Made by a program: the position numbers and the translations under genes
DNA from: Callorhinchus milii
Lineage: Eukaryota
Assembly (NCBI RefSeq): GCF_018977255.1
Contig: NW_024704743.1
Location: forward strand, 25,422,001 to 25,486,000
Direction of reading: 5' to 3'
Length of the DNA: 64,000 nucleotides
Shown here: positions 25,301-37,300 of the stretch, piece by piece
Position numbering within the stretch: position 1 is the stretch's first letter
Layout of the letters: every line of letters begins with the position of its first letter
Notes under the pieces: model-generated
Database searches by the model: none
Told to the model about the DNA's origin: nothing
Seen by the model: the letters and a program-made list of their open reading frames with translations, nothing else

Positions 25301-28300
25301 CCTTAAACTCTAAATTGCTTAGAGTTCTACTGCCTTGAGTGTTGAAAGTGTTGATCTGGGTTTACTTCTTCAGTCCAATTCAAACATTCTGTACGCCTTT
25401 ATGAGGTCCTCTCTAAGTTGTCTTCTCTCAAGACTGAAGAGCCCTAGTCATTGCTCATAGCTCATTCCTCTAACACTGGGGATCATCCTCGTTGCTCTCC
25501 TCTGCACTGTCTCTAGAGACTGGACAACCCCTTATATCACGGTAACTAGAATTGTATGTAGTACTGTATTCCAGATGCATTCAACTGGAGCACTATACAG
25601 CCTGAGTATGACTTCTGGGGGATCTAAACTTGACTGATTTAGCAATATAGCCCAGCATCCTGTTTGCCTTGTTTATCGCAGCCTCACACCATTTTTGTCC
25701 TCAATCAATCTAGAAAATATAGCTATAGAATTATATAATAATCTTTGCATTTGATATTAGTGAATGCTGCAGTTGAATTTTATTAATAGTTGGGATTAAA
25801 ATTCTTGCTTCGGGCCAGGATTTGTAGGAGGATTGCCCTGTATAGTTGGTTTCATCTCCATGCTGAGTGAAATCTAAATTGCTCAGTAAAATCTGGGTGA
25901 GGCTTTTGGTTGCAGAGAGAGTGAGGTGGAGACATAAACAGGCATTGTTTTGGAGAAGTTGGTCTTTGTGAAGGCCTCAATGTAGGGCTCAGTTATCCCT
26001 CCAGGGAGGCTGATGGAATTGGAGTCAAAAACAAGTGAGAAACAAACAAAGTTGGCTTCAGATTTATTTACCATCAGCTGAAGCAAGTTAAGGTTCATCC
26101 AGCATTTGATGACTAACAGATATTTAGTCACGGAGATGTCAGAATATTGAGATGCCAGAATGCTCGCCAAAAAGTGACATTTAGTTCTTCATATATCTTT
26201 CTGCAATGCAAGCACACCCTGTATACTGAAGCTGTGCATAGTGATGGCATTGTGGTCATGTGCATGTAACACTTGAAGGAGTTGCATTTACTGCAGCACG
26301 CAGGTTACAGTGCAGTAACAATTGCATTTGTGTGTGTGTGTGTGAGTGCTAATGAGGTGCAGTCATTTGGATCCCAGTGTTTCAGTGCCGGGTCAGGGAA
26401 CCATGGCTTTTCAAGTTTTAAAGCTGAGTTCAGCTGGTAATTCCCATTAACACATCACATGCAACATTTTTCACCGCAGGGTGATATAGTAGCCTGTAAT
26501 AGTTCCGTTGTGCAGTCTGTTTTGTTCAGTTGATTTCCTGGCTAATAAGAGGTTGCAGCTCTCTTATTATTCCTTGCAAAGCAAGCAAACCCACTGCAAG
26601 GAGTCTAATAAATGTGCTCCTATTCATGGAAGAGCTTTCAGATCCTCAGCTTACCACTGAACCTTTCACAAATTCATTTAGCCCACTACCCGAGCTGTGT
26701 GTTTAGATGGGCCTTTTAGTCATTGCTATAATCACCAAATTCTGCCAAGTACTATTCCAACAACAACAACAAGATTCCATTTATTGAGCGCCTTTCACGT
26801 CGGGAGGACGTCCCAAGGCGCTGTACAGTTGGATCAGGACCCGAGCAGGGAGGAAATGGTCAGGGTGGGGGGAGGGAAGGGAGGGAGCGAGGAGGGGGTA
26901 GAGAGTCGAGAGGGGAGCTGAAGGCACCATCATAGAGAAAGGTCTTGAGACCGGCCTTGAAGGAGGAAAGGGAGGAGGCGGCGAAGGCACTGGGGGATAG
27001 AGTTCCAGAGCCTCGGGGCTGAGAGGCTGAAGGCCCGGCCACCGATAGTAGGGCGGTTGGGGCGGGGGATGTGGAGCAGACCGGAGCCAGAGGAACGGAG
27101 GGTACGGGCGGGTAGGTAGGGGGATAGTAGGTCGGAGAGGTCGGAGGGAGCAAGGCCGTGAATGGCCTTGTAAGTGAGGATGAGGATCTTGAATTCGATC
27201 CTCTGGGGGATGGGGAGCCAGTGGAGGCGAGCGAGGGTGGGAGTGATGTGGTCCCGAAGCCTGGTGTGGGACAGTACACGAGCTGCAGAGTTCTGAATGA
27301 CCTGCAGCTTGTGGAGGGAGGTGCTGGGAAGGCCGGCGAGGAGAGAGTCCCATAGTCCAGCCTTGAGGTGATAAAGGCGTGGACCAGAGTTTCAGCAGCG
27401 TGAGGGGTGAGGTACTAAGGTGGGAATTATGAAGCTTATTTGTCAAGCCAATTATGTATTTGATCACCTACAATATATAGTCATGCGTATGTTGTAGATC
27501 ATGTGAAGTGCTTTGAATCATCTACCTGATACGAAAGGAGCAATATCAAATACATTATCAAGTATTAATATTACTTTGATTCCTAAAGTCATTTTTCTGC
27601 TATTTTAAGGCCAGTGCATTATAGTTGTCTCACATTAAACATTTCCAAACACTTTATGGATGAAAATAATAATAAAAAGTAATACAGTAATAATCCTTGC
27701 ATTTGATATAACAGTTTTAATGTCAAAACTCCTCAAAGTGTTACACTAATAAGTGAATATGACTGTGTATTTTTGGGCAAATGCAGCAGCCAATTTGCGC
27801 ACAGCAATGTTCCCCAGCAGCCATAAATGACCAATTTTATATGGGGGATTACTGGCCAGCAAACTTTAACATTTCATGTGAAGGACGCACCTCCAACAAT
27901 GCTAGGAAAAGTAGGAAACATGAGGAGGAGAGCAGCAGACCTCAAATGGACATAGACAGACTAGTAAAATGGGCAGACATGTGGCAGATTAAGTTTAATG
28001 TGGAGAAATGCAAAGCGATGCATTTTGGGAGGAAGAATGAGGAGAGACAACATAAGCTGATGGTACAATCTTAAAGAGGGTGAAGGAATAGAGAGACCTG
28101 GGGGTTCATATAAGTAAATCTTAATCTTAATAAAGGACAGCCAACAGGACAGGTAGATAAAACTATTAAAAAAGAAAATGGGATACTAGGCTTTATAAAT
28201 AGGGGCAGAGAATACAAAAGTCAGGAAGTTATGATGAACCTTTATAAAACATTGGTTAGGACTCAGCTAGAGTACTATATTCAGTTCTGGGCACCACAGT

Positions 28301-31300
28301 TTACACTTTAGGAAGGATGTTAAGGCATTGGAGAGGGTGCAAAGCAGACTTGCCAGGATGGTACCAGGAATGAGGGACTCCAGTTATCCGGAGAGGCTGG
28401 AGAAGCTCAGATTATTCTCCTTGGAGCAGAGAATGTTAAGAGGAGACTTCATAGAAGTATTCAGAATTATGAGGGGATTCGATGGGGTGAACAAGGAGAA
28501 ACTATTTCCACTGGTGCGTGGGTCGGTAACCCATGGACACCGACTTAAAATAGTTATTAAAAGAAACAGAGGGAGGTGAGGAGAAATTGTTCACACAGCG
28601 AGTTGTTCGGATCTGGAATACATTGCCTGAATGTGTGGTGGAAGCTGATTCGATAACAACTCTTAAGAGAGAAGCAGATAATTATTGGGGGAGAACAAGT
28701 TTGCAGGGCTATGGGGAGAGAGCGGCAGAGTGGGATTGAATTGGATGGCTCTTTTCAAAGAGCCGGCACAGACACGATGGGCTGAATGGCCTCCTTCTGT
28801 GCTGTATAATTCTATGAATGCAGCACTCCCTCAGCACTGCATTGGATTGTCAGCCAAGACTATAAATTTAACATTTCAACTTGGAGCTTGAATTCACCAT
28901 CTTCTCACACAGAGGTGATAGTGCTGCCAAGTGAGCCTGGCCTATTTCATTACATGTGATATAATAATAATAATCCTTGCATTTTGACATTGCCTCTTAT
29001 CACATCTTTGAGACATCTCAAAGCGCTTCACAGAATATAGTGTAAAGTGAATTGACTGTATATTTTGTGGGTGAAATGCAGCAGCCAATTGTGCACAGCA
29101 GTGTCCCACAAACAGTTGTGGATTGAGTGACCAAATTAGTTTTTATTTATTTTGAAGGAATTATTACCCCCTGGAATAGCAATCCGCCAATCGACTAACA
29201 GCCGGGTTCCTACTTACTGCTAGGTAAACAGAGACGTGTGGAGTTATGAAACTTGCCTAACGTTTTGCCCTGCTGGGAATCGAACCCAGGTCCCTCACTT
29301 GCGAGGTGAGTGCTCTAACCACTGAGCAACAGGACTCCACAAAGCTACAAGACTTCACACATATGCATATAAAAGGAACACTCATTCAAGAATATTTTTT
29401 GCATCCTGAGTTTTGCTGAGAGTCAGAGGCTCTCTCATGTGTTGGCTGTGGAACTACCGTAGTTTCAGTTCATTTGTGGCTTTAGAGCATCTTAGATTTA
29501 GGACGGATTTATCTATCCACCGCCCTTTCCTATAGCCAGACTTCAGCTGAGAACTCCTAAACTAGCAAACAAATCAGAGATACACTAGTATAGGATTGGG
29601 GAATATGGATGCATTTTCAAGTGCTGCCCTACACACCCACCCCTTTGGAGCACCGGAGGATTTGAGCAGATGAAAAGAACAATATAAATGACCTCCGCCA
29701 GTAACTTCCTTTCAGCCATCATCATATGTACCAAGCAAAAAACAACAGGAGAAATACTACATCAAAAAAGCTGTGCTTTTAGAGTGCGACTTAATCACAA
29801 CTGTTGTACTTTTCTGTTCCACTCTATGTTGGACAGTGTAAGACACTGAACTTTAAGCACTCTGTGTTGCGCCCCGCTTGACGGGTGCTATATAAATGCA
29901 AGGTTTTGTTGTTGAAGTTTTCTTGAGCACCTTTCTGAGTTTAGCATAGCAAGAGCTGTACCTGAAGAGGTGAGAGTGGAGTTGTGATAGTGCTATTTAG
30001 ATTTAGGGTTGAAGGTCGGTGAACATATTGACAAGTAGAGAATAACATGCAGTAAGGTAATCCACTTTACCCTAAACTGCTCTGTTCATTTTTAATATTC
30101 CCTGTGCTTGCTGACTGAGCTGTGGTTTCATAATTACTACCAAAAAAAAACTTGCATTTCTTATAGTGTTTAATCATGTTGTCGAAATGTCGCTTCCCAT
30201 GATGTACAGCCAATTTGGACACGGCAATGTCCCCAAATCGGCAATTAGGTGAATGATCAATCTGGGGCATGGTTGGCCAGGATACCAGGAGAAACTTTCT
30301 TTTCTTAAATTTAAGTTATCCTTTCTCTCTTCATTCGAGTAATCTGCATGCTGTAGACTTTATAAGCCTCCTTCCAGCCCAACTCAACACCCCCTTGATA
30401 TCAGTGAAGGGAAACGTGTCGGTGATCACACACAAAGCAGGGAAAGTTTGGCACCAAACGTTTGAATAGTGAGTAAGATCTGAAAGACAGCGGGGGTAAG
30501 GGAGAGAGAGAAAAAACACAAAGTAAGGTCTGTCAGACTGTTTCCAAATTCTTTTAATGTGTAAATAATTTCATGGAAAAGGGAGAATGTTCTAATTTTG
30601 GAAAAGAAAAACTACTGTCACAGAAGTGCAGACACAAGGCAGTGTGATTCAGCCCCCTCTGTGTGTTTTATATATATGTGTATATTATATGTAAAATATA
30701 TATCTGCATGGGCCATAAGTGATTTCTGTCAGCAAATATCTACATTATTGTTTCACAACAAGCTGACTTATTCAATCATTGATGGTCGACGGACTCGCAC
30801 GTCAGTATCTAAAGTGAAGCAATTCCAGATAAATCAGAAGCCAATTGACCCTGGAAATTCGGTGCCCAAATTGCGTGACTTAAAAGCAGTTTACAGCATG
30901 GAATAGCTGGAGGCCTTTGCAGTTGTGCCAGTATTGCCATGGCAACTGTTCCTCGGGGGATAGTGATGCCAATTATTCCTCCCCACAACCCCCCACCTTT
31001 ATTCAAAGGAAGGCTAATAAGAGAAATGCAGTTTGGAACAGTTCGTCTTTAATATACCGTGACCCTGCCAAAACAACTTTGAATTCCTGACTGGTCGTCT
31101 GGATAAAGAGAGAGAGAGAGAGAGAGCAAGAGAGAAAATTCTCATGTTCTGTCAGAGGCACCCTAGCTCAGGAAGCATCCATCTGTGTTTTCCTGCTATT
31201 CGCTAAGAGATTTTTTTCCACCCCATTTGTTGATTGTCAAAGTAAACAGATTTCGCACATTGCACACTTTAATCTTCAAGGTTCGGGAAATGCCCAGTGT

Positions 31301-34300
31301 TATTTGCTTTGATTCAAATTCAATTGTTTTTTTTATTCCCACACAAATGCCAGGTGCGGCAGGCAGTCTCGGTGGCTCAGAGGGTCAAATGCAGCATGTA
31401 GTGTGGTGTGAGCTGTCCAGAGCAAAATATGCCACCTCTTATCCCTGCTCTGTGCTGTGTCAACTGATCTCTGTAGGGGAGAGCTGGAAGGGTTGTAGAA
31501 CTGCTACAATTGACTCCAGTGCCGAAGGCTACGGAGGGGAATAATCAGCTCCTGATTGCTCTCCAATGTTTTCTTTAGTCAGCTGGGTATGTGATGTTTT
31601 GTTGTCTGACACAAGTGTAAACCCATCACCGCGCTCAAGAGTATCCAAACCTAGCTGAGATTGCACGCATCCCATCTACACGTGGAAATCCCAGAGATAG
31701 ATTGTTGGAATGGTATGTGCACTCTCTCCCTGGAGGGACACATCCCGCTTACCTAATTCCGGAAAGTATTAGGTGCAGGTTGGTAAGAACCAAGGCTTGG
31801 GGACCCCAGAGTGTGCGTTGGGGTACTGGTGGAGTCTAACCAGCTAAACCTGCAGAGTTTGCCATTGATATTGCTGTCTGGGACGCTTTCCCACTGCGAG
31901 AACCACCGCGCGCACCTGTTAGGGCTTTGGCTTGTAGAGTTGACAGCAGTTGAGTGGGAATGACTCCCTGCCCCCAGTGACTGGTCTGCCCTTCCAGGTC
32001 CTTCCGATGAGCCAGTTTGGCTGTGCTGTCATCAGCAGTGCCCTGAAATACTGCAGACTCTCTTGGCTCAGGAACCGGACCACAGAGACCGCCACAGAGG
32101 GCTGACTCGATTCCAACATTCCGTGGTCGGGCATGTCACGTTGGAGCTGGTTCAGCTCCAAGGAGATCTCGCTTACCTTGTCACCGTCTTCCTGTCCGCA
32201 GCTCGGGCAGATGTTTCTTCCTATTGACCGATGGTTCCACCAATTGGAGGTGCGGAGTTTAAGCAGCAGTTGCTCGCTTCTCTGCAGGACAATCAAAGTA
32301 CATTTTAGGCGCTGGACCTACAAGTGGAGTCCTGTAGCTCAGTGGTTAGAGCACTCGCTTTGCAAGCGAGAGACCTGAGTTCAATTCCAGGCAGAGGGCG
32401 AAACCTTGGGCAAGTCTCCTTACTCCACACAGAGCCTAATAATAATCCCTCCAAAACCAAAACCAATAATAAATTGGTCATTTTCAATCTACGACTGTTT
32501 GTGGGACATTGCTGTGCGCAATTGGCTGCCGCGTTCGCCCACAAATATACAGTCAATTCACTTTACAGTGTGTTCTGTGAAGGGCTTTGGGACGTCCTCC
32601 CAACGTGAAAAGCGCTATATCAAATGCAAGGATTATTATTATTATTTTACAAACGTGTCTTCATGAACTTGGACTCCAGGTAACACCTTTCAGCAGCTAT
32701 CGCCTCAAACTTCAGAGTTTCCTCATCACTATCGGCAGGCATCTGCCTTCAGCTTGGGGGCAGACCATTACAGGACAGCTTGTGACGTGCCAGCCACCTT
32801 GATGTTCTTGAGGAACAAGTGTCCAGGCTGAAATTGGTGTCCACCATGATCCTGAGGCACCATTAAGAATCAACAATTGGGACAAATGTCCCTTGTATCT
32901 TCCAATCAATTTGCTCAATGTCTTCTCTTAGGCCATGCAGAACCATGATTCTGCACTTGGGGGCATCTACCACCATGTCCTACTGGTTGGCCCAGTGTTC
33001 AAGATGGCGGGTACAGCGAAGAAGATCCCCAGGTGAGTCCGCCAGCAACACAATATCATCCATGAACAGAAGCTGCACAATCCTGTCAGAGAGGTCTGGA
33101 ACAGATATACCAAGTCCTTCCCCCTTGATGTTGTCCAACACAATGTTGATGAACACATCGAATAGGTTGGGTGACAATGGGCAGCTTTGCCTTAACCCCC
33201 TTCTCCAGAGAGATGGGCTCAAGTGTCCACTATCAACCATTACACAATCTTGGAACTGGAGCACACATTCTGGATAATATCCAGGATTTGGCCATGTAGC
33301 GCTTGAAGCGCTTTGAGACCTCTCGAAGATATGATAAGGCGCTATCTCAAATGCAAAGCTTATATTGTTATATTATATGCATTCCCACCGCTTCCAGTTT
33401 CATTATTAGGGCCTCATGAGGCACTAGGTCAAAAGCCTTACCAATGTCGATGAACACAAGTTAAGTGGATTTCCTCTCAGCTTCACGATGTCGTGCAATC
33501 TCATTCACAGCTACAACCTGTCCCACACATTCCTTACAATTAAGGAAGCCAGTCTGCTCCTTGCTGATCAAACCACGAGCCTCCAATGTGTATGATATAC
33601 ATGCAGTGACCACTTTAAAGGCCACTGAAAGCAGCGAGATCCCTCTGTGGTTATCAGTTTCCCCTCCTCTGGATAAAAACCACAATTGCAGTCTGGAACA
33701 TGCCTCAGAGAGAATCCTGTTGATCAGCACTAGGAGGGCAGTTCCAAGGTGAGTTGAGGGTTCCTAGCTTGGTCATGTAAGATCCTCACCGTTCTCCATC
33801 TCCTTCCTCAGAGCAGCTTTCAGGAATTCAGCACTGATGCCGTCCGCACCAGCTGCTTTGCCATTGTCAAGGCACCGCAATGCGGAGTCCACCTCCTTCC
33901 AGTGGATTGGGTCATTAAGGCCTTCAATCTGGGCCATGTCTCCCGCCAGCTCTTCCAGCCTTCATCCAGATAGGTCTCTGCTACAGCCTTTGGGTCAGAT
34001 GCCAACTCCATGTAATGTTTCCTCCAGACCCCAAGGACACCCTCATGGGTCTGTTGTAGACACTGGACTTGTCCAACACTGGTACAGGCCCAGAGGAGCC
34101 CCTCCAGCCATGGATGTCAACAGACTTCAGCCAATGGAAGAAAGATTCCGTATCGTACTTGTGCAATTGTGCCTCCTTTCAGAGTGACGCAGCCCATTGA
34201 TCCCGTTTCATTTCTCTGATGACTTTCCTAGCTTCTTGCCTTGCTTGGTGGTAATTTACCTTTGCTGCAGTTCTAGCTTGCTCCGAGGAAGCTTCCAGAA

Positions 34301-37300
34301 CTGCTTTACAAGCCTCCAGTTTTCACCTAATGGCTCTACTTCCCTTTGTTGTTACCCTGACCGGGTCCCGCTTCCGAGATGGGTGCCTTGCAGGCTGTAG
34401 CTTCAGTTTCTTTACAACCTCAGCTACAGAAGAAGAAAGTCCTTGGCCACATCGTCAATTGTCAAGTCCGCGCTGTCAGCCTTCATGCAGAATTGGTCCC
34501 AGGCTTCATGTTCGCAATGCCCTTCGCAGACTGGACTAGCAATCACTCATAGCACAAGGCACTGGCGCTGATGGCTCAAACCTAACAATCACCCCGTGTC
34601 ACAGAGTCAGCACTCCACCCTAGAAGACCAAGATCTGCCCTCTTGACACTGAAGGTGACTGACCAGTGGTCAGAGGTTTACCAGCGACGTCAAACAGCGC
34701 AATTGGAGAGGATAGGACGTGCTGATTCACTACCCACCACATGATCGATTGCTGTTCCATTCTGCACTCCACACTGACCCCATGTAATTGGTGAAACTCG
34801 GAACTGAAGCAGAGCACCACTGTCGAAGGGTTTTGCACACCCATGCAGAAACACATCACCATGTTTAAAAGTATCAAACTAAACTGGGAGTTCCATGCTT
34901 CCCACTTACACATTGAAATCCCATGTCTGGAATGGAATACATACTCTCTTCCCAGAGGGGTGAACACTGTTTACAGACAATATTCAGCGCAGATTGGTAA
35001 GAGCCAAGCTTTGGGGATCCCAGAGCATATATTGGGGGACTGCTGGAGTTTAATAATAATAATAAATAATAATCCTTGCATTTGATATAGCGCTTTTCAC
35101 GTCAGGAGGATGTCCCAAAGCGCTTCACAGAACACACTGTAAAGTGAAATTGACTGTATATTTGTGGGCGAACATGGCAGAACCAGTTAAAACCACACAG
35201 TTTGCCATTGAAAACCCAGTGCTGTAATGTATGCACATATTTTTGAGCATGCATGTAAGGATTGGGTGAGAAAAAGATCAGGTTCCACTTCCGTATCAAT
35301 TTCCGAAGCACAAAATGCCAGCTGATGGGTAGACCTGTCTTCCTTTTAGCTAAATACAAACGATCATCCAAGGGCATCACTTATTGTTTAGAATATTTAT
35401 TGTGGAGTTTAGAGAAGTGTTTTGCATACTCCAGTGTGGATCAGCTTTTACAATCATGAACATTACTGCAGAGAAGGAGGCCATTTGGCCCCATGAAGTG
35501 AGTTCCTCCAACGAAGCCATCCACTCTAATCACAATTCCCTGCTCTTTCCTTGTTCCCTTTTATATCATTTCTCTTCAAACGATTCTCCAATTCCCTTTT
35601 AAGTATTCTTGTGCTTTCAACCTCATTGGCAATTTTCAGTCTCAGGAGATATTTGCAGTTGCCTTGAGCAGCACTCAGTAACCATAAGATAATAATAATC
35701 CTCTAGCACCTTTCATGTCAGGAGGAGGTCTCAACAACAACATCTTGCATTTATAAAGCGAACTTCATGTGGGCTAGTGTCTCGGAATGCTTAAAAGATC
35801 AGGTTCCACTGGTTCCATCAAGTTTCACTCAAAGCATTTTACAGAATTTACTGTAAAACATGGTGACTGTATTTTGTAGGTAAACGTGCCATTTAATCCT
35901 CGCAGACCAATGTCCCACAAGTAGTCACAGAGTGACCACCAATTTTATTTGGGGGATTGCTGATCAGGACACCGGGAGAAACTCCCTTCTCTTTTCAAAT
36001 TCTAACATAATAGCAATCCTTAATAATCCCTTATATAATAGCACCTTATCATGTCTTTGAGACGTCTCAAAGCACTTCACAGAATATACTGTAAAGTGAA
36101 TTGACTATATTTTTGCAGCAATCGAAACGTGGCAGCCAATTGCGCACAGCAGTGTCCACAAACACTCGTGAATGGAGTGACCAATTTATTATTTTTTTTA
36201 AAGCAATTATTACCCAGGGAAATTGATCAACCAATCGACTAACAATTGGGTTCCTACTTACTGCTAAGTAAATAGAGACCTTGCCCGTTTCGGCCTGCCG
36301 GGAATTGAACCCAGGGGTCTCACTTGTGAGGCGAGTGCTCTAATCACTGAGTTACAGGACTCCAAATTATGCCTTGGGATCTTTTAATGTCCACTTGAAA
36401 GGCAGACAGGACCTCGGTTTAATATCTCATCTGAAGGATGGCACCTCTTGAGTTTCAGCTTAGACAGTTTAATCCTGAAACAGGATTAAACTGACAATGT
36501 TCTGATTCAGAGTTGAGATATCATGTTATGTGTCATATGCAAAGGGCATACTGGAAGTACTTTGTTCATTGAACGTAGGTGGAAATCATCTGCATTCATC
36601 AGGAAGGTTGTTTATTACTTGATTGCTAATTTTATTAGTAGCTACTGTACCAGCTGTTTTTTTAATAATTAATAGCTTTATACTATATTACTTCCTGGTT
36701 GCAGTTGCAGTGTTATTTACCTAGGGTCAAAAGCGCACCTGTGCGTATCTGCTTTTCAAATATATTTGTTCATCATTGATTTGTCCATTTCATTATAATA
36801 ATAATAATAATAATAATCCTTGCATTTGATATAGCACCTTATCACGTTGTTGAGCTGTCTCAAAGCGCTTGAAATGTTTCTGCAGGACGTCAGAAAGAGT
36901 AATAGAAACTTCTAATTATGATTTAATGTGGTTTTCTGACCTTTTTATTAAAGTCAGTGCCATATGATGTTTGAGTTTTCTGTTGAATGGCATAGCTATT
37001 GATATCTGTGCACCAGTTGCCCCTTCTAATAGAAGTGTTTTGCTTTAAACTAATGATGGTTCCTATGAATTGTTTGAAGGGATTACACTGTCATCCACCC
37101 ACCCCGATCCACCAATCCAGAAGTGGTTATAATGGCATTGAAAAATACTCTGCCTTCTTTGAACTATCATGGACTTGTGCTATACTTCCAGAAATGACTT
37201 CCTGAATTCCAACTTCGAGAATTCCTGACTGCCCAACCTGCCCCATCCACAAAACTGTAGAAATGCCAAACTTGTAATCACAAGTGACAAAGAAACTTAG

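Noticed and set aside
26781..27467. 228-aa and 230-aa proline-rich ORFs (also 39430-40122 and 55363-55976)
   Set aside because: Off-frame or antisense readings of L2 3' fragments.
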